This document shows positions 1 through 13,062 of a stretch of DNA of 64,000 nt, piece by piece. Both the position numbers and the translations under genes were made by a program. Within the stretch, counting starts at the first letter, position 1, and every line of letters starts with the position of its first letter. The DNA is from the human T2T-CHM13v2.0 reference genome, Homo sapiens: assembly GCF_009914755.1 (NCBI RefSeq), contig NC_060937.1. One strand, given 5' to 3'. The notes under the pieces are model-generated. The model saw nothing but the letters and a program-made list of their open reading frames with translations. It did no database searches and was not told the origin of the DNA.

Positions 1-3000
1 ATGTGGTGTTTTTTTTGTTTGTTTGTTTGTTTGTTTTAGAAAAATTGGGATTTCCCCCCACCCCGCCCCACCCAGATAAACTATATCTACACTGTCTCGT
101 CAAGTTCTCTGACACGATCTTTCTGGGCTCTACATTTCCTACTAGTTTGTGTCCAGAAACTGCAAGTTGACATGAATAGAGGACAAAGGTTGTGTCTTGC
201 TTTTGTCTCTCTCTTCCCTCCCTGCAACTCTCTCTCCCCTCCTCCCACTCTCTTCCCCCTCCCCCCTCCTCCCACTGTCTCTCACCTCCCCCACCCCCCA
301 CTCTCTCTCATCTCTCGCTGTGTCCTGTGTATGTGTGGGTGTGTGTGTATTTGGGTGTGTAAATGTTGGTTCTTCCACTACTGGATTTTGTAATCTAGGA
401 TAAATCACTTTTTTTGGGGACTTTGATTTTGCTCCATTACGTTTTCATTTTTTCTGAGCACTGACTGTTCTGAAAGCTGCACAAAACGTAGAAAGAAGAC
501 ATAGCGCCTGCCAGGGAATAGGAAATGAGGGCACTTACACATTAATGTGAATTAGTAATTGTGGTATAGAAATGTTTTATAGTGAAAGATTCAAATTTGC
601 TTTTCAAGAAAAATGCCAAAAGCTATTTAAATAATTCGAGGTTACATCGTAGGTTTTGATTTTTCTCAATTTAAGATACAGAAATACAGCAAGCCTTAAT
701 ATAAAGTTTCCTAAAGTTTCTTCAAGTATTTTTTAAGGTGGAGAAATGCAGGAATTGTATAACCAGAATTGTTCCTGCCTTTAGCTTTTCAGAACTTGAG
801 ATGTGGCAGCACTGGACTGGGTTTTTTTAAATGTTAGGACTAGGAATGTTTGCTCTTGTTAATTATGAATTAATTGATTATTAAGTTTAGAATGCATTTT
901 TACAAGTATCTAACTATCAAATTGTGTTTAGTAACTTGAGTGTATGCACAAGTTTGATCAACAGCAAAATAGAGTTCTGAATTTCTTTTAAAGTGATGAT
1001 ATATTATTTTGTGAAACTTTGTGTTTGAAAATGTTTATTTCTGTTTATGGTGTAATCATTCTGAGGTGAGGCTTTTCTTATTTCCTTTGCATTTTGCTAG
1101 AGCTGTGCTGAGTTCAGCATTTGCTTATTTAACCACTACATAATGACAGACCAGTTATTAGGTATTAGCATGTGTGGTAATAATAATAGTGGAACTTCAC
1201 ACTTACATCAATTCAGTGCAGGGGCATAGAATAAAATATTAAATATTGGCAGATGTATGAAAAGAAGTGTGAGTTAAAAATATTGAATATTGGCAGGTGT
1301 GAAAACAAGTGTCAAAATTCCTCATATAGAGAAAATAATTTTGAGTTTAGAGTATTATCTTTTAATTAAGTGTAGTCTAAACTTAACTTTCTGTAAAGGC
1401 ACTTTGTGGTTTTTCCAAAGATGTTCTAGATCTATTTGGTTGCTCTATAGTCAAACAGCTCTTTTGAAGACAACTGTCTTATTTTATTACAAATTGGCTT
1501 GACATATTTATACTGTAACATTGTAATATTGCTGTGCTGTACATTTTGGCCCTTACGAAATACGTCTTTTTCAGAACTGTTAAAGTTTTGATGTACATCG
1601 AGCTGAATTCTGTTTTTACCAGTTTCAAAACCTTCAAGTGATATGTGGAAAAAAGTGAATGAGACCTCTGATAGGGGGTTTTCAGAACCTTGTTCACACC
1701 AAAATGTGACAGTTCTTTCATGTTTTCCTAAACCAAGTTAAAATTACATGTATATTTTGGTGTTAAGGTTGATTTTTAAGATACTTCTGATTTGTACAAA
1801 AGGAATGTTTCCTTTATAAATCACAGAAGAAAATGACAATATCTGTTGGATATTTGATATAATTTAATGGTGTTATAAAACCTTTAAGAGGATTCATGGT
1901 GAATATATGTGATAACATCTTTATACTTTGAAAAATGTTCCACTTACCCTTCAGATATTTGTTGTAAGTTAATTCAATTCTTAATACTTTAATTTTGCTC
2001 CAACAAGGGCTTTATGTTGCTGGTAAGAGAATTTATTTACTAAATGCACTATGTATAAAGTGAAAGATAGTTTACTTATCTGACTTTGATATTAGATGGC
2101 TGACATTAGTGCACATAATGCAGAGTTTAACCTTGATTCTTCAACAGAGTCCAGATTTAAATGTCTACTTAGTTAATTAGTTAGCTGATATTCTTCCACA
2201 ATTAATATATTCAATTTCCCATCAGTATATCACTTTAAATTTTATGTTTTTCTAAGGAAACTTTCCACAGAATTTTAAACAACTGATGCATCCATACTCA
2301 GGGTGTAGGGAGAATACTTTGCATTTAAAAACCCTGTCCACCTGTCACCAGCACAAGAGAATTAGAGCTTCAGTGAGAATTTAGAAAAATTATACTAAAG
2401 TGAGATGCATTTTTTCTCATTTTCAGCAAGACTCCTCTAAGCATTTACTCATTTACTGTATTCCTGCTCTGAAGATGTGGATACAGAATTAGTCACTCTT
2501 GTCACTTTATTTATTTATTGGTTTTTTTTTAACCATCTGTGTACATTCCTTTCATAGGGTAGAGTTCTAGTTCTAGAAGTTCTTATTTTGTTTTTGTTGT
2601 AATGTTTGAATACTATTTAATATCCGGTTTTAATATTGCTGGATTTGCTACCTTTGGTTACTTGTGCAGTGTTAAAAGTAATCCACTTTCTTGTTTAATA
2701 TACCAGATACATAGCAAAAGCAGCTTGGAATAATTATAGCTGTTTATTTGGCTGTGCTCAGTTACTATATTAAGATCTTGTACTGTGTAACAGTAACTCT
2801 TTTTTGCTTTTCAGTAATTTAATATGTTCACTTAACAAAATACGAACTTTGAGATGCACTAAAGTTTTGTTTCAGCAGTGGCTCAAAAAATTTCAGAAAT
2901 TACTTTTGTAATTATTTGCAATTAATTGTTCTTTTATCTTACAATTGTTTAAGCCTGTGATCTTTCTTCTCCCAGCTAAGAGTTCTTCAATAAATTTAAG

Positions 3001-3010
3001 AAATACCTGG
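1..3010 (+). other. AKAP11: Distal part of a long 3' UTR (terminal exon), probably AKAP11
   Basis: About 3 kb of AT-rich sequence with no recognisable interspersed repeats, ATTTA clusters (~2031, ~2508), AATAAA at 2989-2994 and a downstream GT/T-rich tract; repeats begin just after. The gene name is inferred from recalled synteny with FABP3P2 about 46 kb downstream, not from coding sequence. Confidence 0.62.
205..360. repeat. Polypyrimidine (CT/C-rich) tract followed by GT-rich low-complexity sequence
   Basis: ctctctcccctcctcccactctcttccccctcccccctcctcccac... then degenerate (TG)n. Confidence 0.85.
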
Positions 3011-3020
3011 TCTTGGTTTT
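2989..3020 (+). terminator. Cleavage/polyadenylation signal
   Basis: AATAAA at 2989-2994 followed by the GU/U-rich element CTGGTCTTGGTTTT at ~3007-3020. Confidence 0.7.
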
Positions 3021-3419
3021 CATTCTATAATATCTCATTAACTGCTCTGTACTGAGTGGGACTGCTATGACAGAAGACCACATAAGAGGACTGAAGTGCT
3101 AGATCATGGTTTTGAGAACAAGAGAAGTTAGAAATATTTCCAATTGGACACTAGATTCTACCTACTTATAGATACCCCAAATGCAGACATAGTGACTTAA
3201 AAGGCTGGTTGCCCAACCTGTTTTTGCAAAGTAGAATATTATGGTTGCCTTGAATATGAACATGGCTATGAAATTCTTCTGGCCTGGTTTGAACACTCTT
3301 TCCATAATAAGACCATACCTCTGTTAAACCATGTACACAAGATAACTTAAAAGCTGCTGGGTTTTTTTTTTTTTAATTACTAATGGATCTGACTTTGTCT
3401 TAAGAATTTTTTTCCTTTT

Positions 3420-3700
3420 AAATAGACCATTTTTAGAGCACTTTTATTTAGATGCACAGCAAAATTGAGCAGAAAATACAGAGCTCCCGTATACCCTCTT
3501 TGCCCAGCCTCCTTCGGTGTCAACACCCCACAACAGAGTGGGACATTTGTTACAATCTGTGGTCCTGCGTTGACACACACACCATTATCATCCACAGTCC
3601 ATAGTTGACATTAGAGTTCACTCTTGTGCATTTGTAGGTTTGGACAAATACATAATTATATGTACATAACTGTAATATCATACAAATAGTTTTACTGTGC
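3420..3700 (-). mobile_element. L1M (L1MC-like) 3' end fragment
   Basis: cacagcaaaattgagcagaaaatacagag...acagagtgggacatttgttacaatc resembles the reverse of an old L1MC 3' UTR. Confidence 0.7.
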
Positions 3701-4339
3701 CCTATCTTAATGTAATTTAAGCCCAGAAATTAGGAAATTGTTTTAAAATTTTTTTCATGTTTTAAAATGCTAGGAAATAATAGCAAACAATGAGAAGGTT
3801 TGGTTGTAAGTGCACCCCAGTTACTAAGCAAACCAAAAGTGCTGAGAAGAAGTAAGCAAGATTCCATAGATTATAATGCCAAAAAGGAAGTATGGCTCAA
3901 AAAGAATGGGAAATGTGGCAAAGGACATTTGACAGTTTTACACAGAGGGATCATATGTGATTTGTATCTTAGCTAGGACAGAGAGGAAGGTGAGGGACAG
4001 GGCTTGAATTACCTCAGATTTTTTAAAGTGTGAGATGGAGAGGTCATTTATCTAAGGATGAATGTACTGTTGTTCCTATAATACAAAGAGTAAAAATCAG
4101 TGTTTTTGCGTCATTGAGTTTACAGCAAGAACAATAAAGAGTATATTTTGCACTTTTTTCTCTATCCTTTGTAATTTTATAGTCACCTCTCATTTTAACT
4201 TTTGGTCAAGGAGGGTAATACTTTAGACTGGAGAGAGTGAAAAACAGTTTCAAGAGGGGGTTGAAGCCCCAATTTTGAGTTTAACTCATCCCTCTGCACC
4301 CCTACCCCCTTTTAAACAGACACCTAAATGAATTTGTTA

Positions 4340-4670
4340 AAGCACGGGATTAAAACCAGACTTCTGTGTACTGAATTCTGCCCGTCTGTATGTTTTGGTC
4401 TGGTGTAGAATCTTTTAAAAATAGTTACCAAACTTAAAAATAAAGATTTCACATTTAAATAAGTTTTGTATTTTCATCTTCTTGAAACAATTGAAAGCTC
4501 TGAAGCAGTGACTGGGCTCTTATATGGCAACAATTTAGCAGGAGCTGAATAGTGATTGCCCCTTTAATCCCAGAATAAGTTCTCTTTTTGCCTCTGGCAT
4601 GACTTACTCCAATTCCCTCATTTCTGTTGCCTGCTGGGGCCTTGTAGACAGTTGAGATGCACCCACTGAC
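4340..4670. mobile_element. MER102-like hAT-Charlie fossil
   Basis: gatttcacatt...cttcttgaaac...ctgggctc...atggcaacaattt..ggagctgaatagtgattgccccttta resembles the MER102 consensus. Confidence 0.55.
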
Positions 4671-5092
4671 TTAAAGCAGATAAGATAATGTGCTTAGAAA
4701 ATCTGAACAACATTCTAGTGACTCTTTCATTCTCTAGGGTTGCTCAAAGAGGGGAGGAACATTCTAGAAATTATAAAAGCTGAGTTTATTGCTCCTGAGT
4801 AGAAAACAAATAGTAATTGTTAAAAGCATAGTTTTATTTTTTTTTAAGTATGTGGAGAAGGGAGAGCCAGCATAGGTTTACCAAGAGCAGAGTCTATCAG
4901 ATTTACACTTTATTTTCAGTAGAGTTATTTTGACATATTAGAGGATGAGAGATACAGTATCTAGATTTTATTGAGGCATTTTTATATGGAGAGAAGGAAT
5001 GAATAACTGGCTTCCTAACGTTTTGAGAAATGTGTTCCCAAAGGCTTGTGGTTAATAGATCATTGTCTACCTGGAGGTCAGTGCTATGTGTC

Positions 5093-5490
5093 TATATTAG
5101 TTCTTGCATTGCTATAAATACCTGAGACTGAGTATAAGAAAAGAAGTTTAATTGGCTCACAGTTCTGCAGGCTCTGCAGAAGCATGGTAGCATCTGCTTC
5201 TGGGGAGGTCTCAGGAAGCTTCCAGTCATGGTAGAAGGCAAAGGGGGAGCAGGCACATCACATGGTGGGAGCAGGAGCAAGAGAGAAGGATGGGGGAGGT
5301 GCTACACACTTTTAAATGATCAGATCTTGTGAGAACTCACTATTGTGAGGACAATACCAAGAGGATGATACTAAACCATTCATGAGAAACTGTCCCTATA
5401 ATCCAATCAACTCCTACCAGGCCCTACCTTCAACACTGAGGATTACAATTCAACATGAGATCTGGGTGAGGACACATCCTGATCATATCA
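5093..5490 (-). mobile_element. MaLR solo LTR (MSTA/MSTB-like)
   Basis: tatattagttcttgcattgctataaatacctgagactg...catatca, flanked by a perfect 5-bp TSD GTGTC (5088-5092 and 5491-5495). Confidence 0.9.
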
Positions 5491-6460
5491 GTGTCATAGG
5501 CCATTTCATGTATGGCCTTTTTATCCAGCCGTGGAGTGAAGATTTTGTTGGAGTAAGCTCCTCAAGGATGTCAAAAAGCATTAGAGTTATTACATAGTAA
5601 CTATACTGAGGGATAATATTCAAACAGTTGAAATGAACTGGGAGAGCGGATAAGAGACTTTTGAGTCTATTTCTTCCCTTTGTCCTTTGACCAGCCACAG
5701 ATTTGACATTCTCCTCCAAAGGTGGGGAGGTTCTGTGTTTACATACTGCCATTTTATAACTAGGACTTGAATATTTTCCTTCAAATACTATATTTTTATG
5801 GCTTTCTTGATATAAACTTAGTTATTTCCCTGTTACTTAGTAAATTATATGAACCCGGGACTTCTAAATATATGGGAACTGATGCTAAGGAATCCTATAA
5901 GAGCTTAAATCCTATAAGAGCTTAAAATGCTGTGGACTTTTGAGGAGTCACAAGGCTATCAGAAAAAAAAAAGGCCACCAGAACCACTAATAATCTACAA
6001 TTAACCTCTTAACCTCTTTTCTGTTTATAACGGGATGTGGGTGGCTGTGGCAGGTGAATGTGGATTCCAGGAGATCGTGATGTTACAATAGCGTTTCCAA
6101 CCTATAAATCTTCTTTGAGTCAACTTTAGATGGCTTGTGACAAACGCTGGGAGGTTAAGCTGCTTAATCTGAAACCCAGTGGACTTCACTGTCCTTGAAC
6201 CCTGAGAAGCCATGGCTTCCAGAAGGAGGGGGCCCTTGGTTGAGTGACAAAGTCTGCAGTGATACAGAGCTGGTGAGACAGTATGTGGGAAGACAGATCC
6301 AATTAGGCCTTCATAGACCCAAATGGCTAAGTGCTCTAATAAGGTGGGGTAAATACTAGGTCTTGCATAAGTACAGAGTGGTAGGAGATGAAAATAGTCC
6401 GTGCCTTTATGGAGCTTCTTCTTTAGTGAAGCAGAGAGTCATTAAATGAGTGACTGTATA

Positions 6461-6570
6461 CAGTGAAGTCCTCGCTTACGTCATTGAGAGGATCTTAGAA
6501 ACTGCAACTTTAAGCAAAATGCCATATAATGAAATCATTATTTTCTCATCAACCTTATAATGAAGTGAGG
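6461..6570 (+). mobile_element. MER82-like (TcMar-Tigger) terminal fragment
   Basis: TA then cagtgaagtcctcgcttacgtc...aaactgcaactttaagcaaaa resembles the MER82 terminus. Confidence 0.55.
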
Positions 6571-6859
6571 TAAATATTTAATTACTGTTGTTCAAAGGTG
6601 TCGGAAGCTAAAGACGGGAATCTAGTCAAAGCTTCCCTAAAGCCGTTCTGAGGCTTAAGCTAGGTTTGAACTGAGTAGGAACCAGACAAGGGGAGTTGGA
6701 GGGTGGAGGTGAGAAGGGCAGGTGGGGAGAAGAGGTTTCCACTAGAGAAAAACCATGCACAAATGCCCGGGAGTATAGGACTTCTTTGGAAAACCAAAGA
6801 CCAGTTTGGCTGGAGCATGAAGAGAAGTGACACATCCTGAGAAACACACATCTAGCTGG

Positions 6860-7430
6860 CTGTCAGCCAGGTGGTCCAAGAAAGTGTTTGTAGTTTGTTA
6901 CACCACAAGTCACCGGTTTTAAGTCCAAGGCATGGCGGATGATCGTCTTCACTTGACACTGTGCTTTCCAGACCATGCCTAGAGTATTGTGTTTAGTTCC
7001 CGATACCATTTTACAAAGGACAGAGATACATGGAACCATCCACATCCATGACTGTCTAATGAGGCCAAGGAGCTAAAAATGTATTAAATGAGTTCAGTGA
7101 AAGACAAAAAGGCTGTTTGGCCTAAAGAAGGAGAGATGTAGGAGTAACCTCAAAACTGCCTTTAAATATATGAAGTGCTTTTAGTGGAGACAGATTAAAA
7201 CCTGTGACCCTAGTGGAGGGGATGAGGTCCCATGAGGAGAAATTAGCAGTGGATTTCAGCTTGTGCTCTAAAAATTGGAGCTTTGCAATATGGGCGAGAC
7301 CCCCTTAATGAAAAGGAGCATTTCTGGCCCTTGGAGAGGTTTCCACAGTGCTGGCTGATCACTCCTGCAAGTTTTGATAAGAAATCCAAACAGCTTATAA
7401 CTTTGGATTAGGTGACCTTTGTGTTCCAAC
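6860..7430 (+). mobile_element. CR1/L3 LINE 3' fragment
   Basis: ggctgtttggcctaaagaaggagagatgtaggagtaacct...gcctttaaatatatgaag and a terminal ggattaggtgaccttt motif; similar CR1-like sequence at ~4850-5080. Confidence 0.5.
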
Positions 7431-7990
7431 ACGTCCTTTCCCACACACTACTTAATTTTTTCCACAGTCGTTTAGTGAAGTTGTTAAGAACCTGGGCTCT
7501 GGGGTCAAAAGAACTTGATTTAAAATCCCAGAGCAAAGGCCCAGGATGATGGTATCTTGGGGGATTTTCATTTTCTTCTGGCAGGTGCCTGGGGGCACAG
7601 CTAGTCTTGGAGCACCTTGATTTAAATTCAAGCTTTGAGGGTTTTGGATCCCTCTGGTGGCTTGATGTGCTGCATGTCCAGGTCAGGGCCTGTGTCTGGA
7701 AGGTGTAGCCCTTTGGGGTTACAAGTAGAGAGGGGATGGTTTATGAGAATCTCTTTGTTGGAGGGGGTGGGGAGAACTGACTTTTGCCTTTCTGGCCTTG
7801 TGAGTCTGCCAAAATACTATCCTGTATCACAGTCTTTTTTCCTTCAGGTTTGACAAATATTCTTAGGATGAAAGAGTGGCTTTGAATGCTCAGCGGTTTA
7901 CTTCTTGGGGTTCTTTGCTTTTGCTAGATATTTGACCCATTGCATCCTCAATATCTTACTAGCTGTTTAAATGCTTTCAAGAAGGTGTTT

Positions 7991-8283
<293 letters not shown>

Positions 8284-9500
8284 AGATGTTTCATATTTTA
8301 TCCAACTTAATTACTTCTAATATTTTAATTTACATGAAGGACTTTTATTATTATTATTTTTTTTGCTTAGCTCCATGTGATTAACTGTTAATATCCTTTT
8401 AATTTTCTTTTACATTTTAATTTATCTTCTTGAAAGGGTTATATATGCATATGGTATTAAATTCCAAAAGGTATAAGAATGTATAGTGACAAGTATCCCT
8501 CTCACCACTCTCTAGCCACCAAGTACCCCCACCACCCCCAGAGATAACCACTGTTACCAGTTTCTGTTCCATCAGCACTGTGCTATACAGGACCTTTCAA
8601 AACTTAGATTGGCTTTTGTAACTTGTAGTTGGATACAAATCTGAAAGTTTCAAAAAACAGGAAATGACCAAATCATTTAGTAAGGATAGTGGTTACTTCT
8701 AGGGGAGAAGGAGGTACAGGAGCCTCCCATGGTGCCAACAATATTCTGTTTTCTTGACTTTGGATTGTGGTTAAACTGCCCAGATAGATTCTAAGCAATT
8801 CTGTGTATATATTTCACATCATGCATGTGTATGCACATGCACACACATCTAAAAAAAATCTGCAAAACTGATCATCTTGAAGACAACCAGAGAGAACAAA
8901 TGGGTTACCTGAAAAACAAAATTGATTCACAGTAGTGTGCTCAAAGATGATGATAGAAGCCAAAAGGAAATAATGTCTTCAAAGTGCTGATTTTAAAAAA
9001 GTCAGTCTAGAATTTCATATCCTTCAAAACTGTTTTTCAAGAGTGAATGTAAATTTAAAGTAATTTCTAATAGATTGAAAGAGTTTACAATGAACTGTGC
9101 TGAAAAAAACTACTGAAGGATATATTACTTTTGTAAGAAGGAAATTGAGCTTATAAGGAAATAGCACTGTTTAAAATAAGAATTAAAATAGAAAATGAAA
9201 GAGAAAGAGTGAGCACCTAAAATGTAATGCAGGTTCATATAATAATTCCTGTTTACTCTCTATGGCAAGCATTTCCTATCATTGAATCCAGTATCAACCC
9301 TGTCATTATTATTTCTGTTTTTCATGTGAGAAGCTGAGGCTCAGAGGGGTTAAGTTTCTTACCCAATGAGCATAGTGGTAATGAATGCCCAGGTCTGGCA
9401 GGCTCCAATGCCCAAGTTCTGTCCATTGCACTACAATCTATCACCAAATTTAGAAACAGAAATATAAAAAGATGACAAAATCACTTGTAATAACACATAG

Positions 9501-9873
9501 TGTATTAGTCTGTTCTAACACTGCTAATAAAGACATACCTGAGACTGGGTAATTTATAAAGGAAAGAGGTTTAATTGACTCACAGTTCAGCATGGCTGGG
9601 GAGGCCTCAGGAAACTTAAAATCTTGGTGGGAGGGGAAGCAAACATGTCCTTCTTCTCATGGTGGCATCAAGGAGAAGTGCAGAGCGAAGTGGAGGAAAA
9701 GCCCCTTACAAAACCATCAGATCTCGTGAGAACTCACTATCACGAGAACAGCATGAGGGTAACCACCCCCATGATTCAATGACCTCCCCCCAGGTCCCTC
9801 CCATGACACGTGGGGATTATGGGAACTAGAATTCAAGATGAGATTTAGGTGGGGACACAGCCAAACCATATCA
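9501..9873 (-). mobile_element. MaLR solo LTR (THE1C/D-like)
   Basis: tgtattagtctgttctaacactgctaataaagacatacctgagactggg...cagccaaaccatatca, with 5-bp TSD CATAG (9496-9500 and 9874-9878). Confidence 0.92.
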
Positions 9874-11295
9874 CATAGATAACAATTATTTATATAGTAG
9901 TATATTTCTTTCCCGTTTTTACTCCCACATACATATTTTAAACAAGTGAAATTTCCCTTATTTCATAAATATTTGTCAAAAACATTTTAAAACCCCCAAA
10001 CTGACCTTTGGCCTTTTCAAGTTTGGCAATGATGAATCTGGCCATTGTCATGGCTGGAAATATCTTGGTTGGGGCTCTTTGTTCTGACTGTTACATAGTC
10101 GGATTCTCTTTGTCTTCTTATGTGGTATTGCTTTGAGCTTCAGACTGATACAGCTGACAATCTTTACAAAGTAAGGATTTTAAGTAGATAAATTTTGAGA
10201 AGGACAACATGTAAAAAGGATCTCTGGGTGCCTTCCAGAAACCAGGCACAAGTTTTTATTATCTCAGCTTAACTATATGGTTTTCTTCTTTCTTTGCCTT
10301 CATTCTTTTGCTGCCTGTCAGAGCTGACAGCAATAGAGGCCATTTCATGCATGGTTTCCATGTCTCACAAAACATGGTCTGAAGAAAAAATTACCGAAAG
10401 AACAAATGCCCTTTTCAAGCTCTTGGTCCCTTTTTTCAGTTATTGGGCGGTCTTTTCCCATTGCCCTCTGTCTTTAGAGTCCAGTATGTCTAAAATCAAG
10501 CTCTTCTTGCCCCAGCACCTATTCCAGGTATCCTACCTACATTATGCTGGCCATTCAGGTGTAACACCTTCCAATGATCTCTGAGTATTATCTACCTCTT
10601 CCTCTCCATCTCGCCTCCTCTCTCCAAGAGATGAGAGAAAGCGGGGTGATAACATGAGAGGAAGGAGAGATGGCAGGTGTCGGGGAGCAAACAGTCCTCC
10701 ATCCAGGGGGGAAGGGAGAGAAAGTGAAATGTTAAAAGATGTTCGTAATGTGATGCAGTGTAACCCCACACTCCATAGCCATCAGAGAACTTTAGCAAGG
10801 AAGGATTTACCTTGCTTCTTGGTGATTTTGAATCAGATTTATATAGTTATAATCATTACTATTATTATTTATTTGATGCAGTAAGTTGAGTATTGCAAAA
10901 AGAAGATGACTCAGCAATGCCCAGATGATAGAGGTCACCAAGGGATGAGCCACATTTCATGATGAAATGGTTTGCAAGGTAAGTTAAGGAAAAGCACAAT
11001 AAAGCAGCTCATTTACTGACTTCATCTGTACTCATATGGCAGAATGAGCCACTCTGACCAACCCACCCATGGGAAACAATTAAACATTTTGGATAAAATA
11101 TAAAAAATATTCCTAAAAGCATTGTTGGGCTGGCATGAAGGCAGGATTTATGCAGGCCAAAAACCCAATGAAGGTAGAAATGTGCAACTGTAAGCAGGCA
11201 GTAAAACCAACTTTGGCTTTGAAGGCATTTGCTGAGCCCAGTGAACTTGAGCTTCAGGTTTGATTGACTGATGCGGCATGGGAGAGAGAAGCTGC

Positions 11296-11338
11296 ATGTA
11301 TTAGTCAGGTTCTCCAGAGAAACAGAGACAATAGGATA

Positions 11339-11379
<41 letters not shown>

Positions 11380-11680
11380 CTTTGTCTATAGACATATATA
11401 TATATATAGAGAGAGAGGGAGAGATTGACTTATTTAAGGAATTAGCTCATGCAATTGCAAAGACTGGCAAGTTCAAAATTGGCAGGGCAGGCAGGAAAGT
11501 TGGAGACCCAGAGAAGAGCTGATGTTGCAGCTTGAGTCTGAAGACAGTCTGGAGGCAGAATTTCATCTTCCTTGCAGGACCTCAGTCTGTTTTCCTTAAA
11601 GCCTTCAACTGATTGAATGAGGCCCACTCACATCATGGAGGGTCATCTACTTGCTGAAAGTATACTGATTTAAAAAATAA
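11296..11680 (-). mobile_element. ERVL LTR (MLT2-like) with an internal (TG)n/(TA)n/(GA)n microsatellite
   Basis: tgtattagtcaggttctccagagaaacagagacaatagga...aaggaattagctcatgcaatt; (TG)n at ~11341-11376. Confidence 0.85.
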
Positions 11681-11681
11681 T

Positions 11682-12084
<403 letters not shown>

Positions 12085-12757
12085 TAGAAAACCTTATCCA
12101 GAATGCGGCACAGAAAGACAAAAATGCGATATATGGAAAAAGTTTAAGTGACCTTGAGGGAAAGGAGATTTAACTCATGCCTAAAAAGTATAGAAGGAGA
12201 AGAAGGAGGGAATCGGGGCAGAATTAATATTTGAAAAGACGATGGCTGGAAAATTTCTGGAAATGAAAGATGATAATCCACAGATTCAAAAAAACCTAAC
12301 AATTTCCAAGCAAAAACAGAATACATATTAAATTTCTTAGGGAGGGCTATACATGTATTTGTCTATTTTTCTGGACTATTCAAAAAACAAGCTAAAATTC
12401 TATGGTAAAAGGGTAGAAATAAATTGTATATAAAATTCAGGATAGTGATTTCCTGATAGTGACAGTGACCTTTAAAGGTGGGGGAAGAGAGGAGGATGTG
12501 ACACAGGCTTCTAAGGTACTAGTAATATTCTGTTTATGAATTCTATGCCCCTGGATTTTTAATTTATGATCTTTCTTCAGATTGCACACATCCTCTATAT
12601 ACTATTTTAAATGTATATTGTATTTCATGGTGGAAAATTAATTTCAAATATATTATTCAACAAGATTTGATCAAAGAGGTTGTGGGTGTATTAACAAGGT
12701 GGCTTCTGGAATTTTTGCAAAAACAAGAGAGAAAACTTCGAAGAGAAATAATGTTTA

Positions 12758-13062
12758 GGCTAGGTGTGGTGGTTCACCTATAATCCCAGCACTTTGGGAG
12801 GCCGAGGTGGGTGGATCACTTTAGGCCAGGAGTTCAAGACCAGCCTGGTCAACATGGCAAAACCTCGTCTCTACTAAAAAAAAATACAAAAACTATCTGG
12901 GCTTGGTGGCGCATGCCTGTAGTTCCAGCTACTCGGGAGGCTGAGAGGCAAGAGAATCACTTGAACCTAGGAGGCAGAGGTTGCAGTGAGCCGAGATCCT
13001 GCCACTGCACTCCAGCCTGAGCAACAGAGCAAGACTCTGTTTCAAAAAAAAAAAAAAAAAAA
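12758..13062 (+). mobile_element. Alu (AluS)
   Basis: ggctaggtgtggtggttc...taatcccagcactttgggaggccgagg...gcaagactctgtttc + A-tail. Confidence 0.95.

Noticed and set aside
87-408. Cluster of overlapping ORFs at the window start
   Set aside because: They arise from low-complexity CT/GT tracts that lack stop codons, within a UTR-like region.
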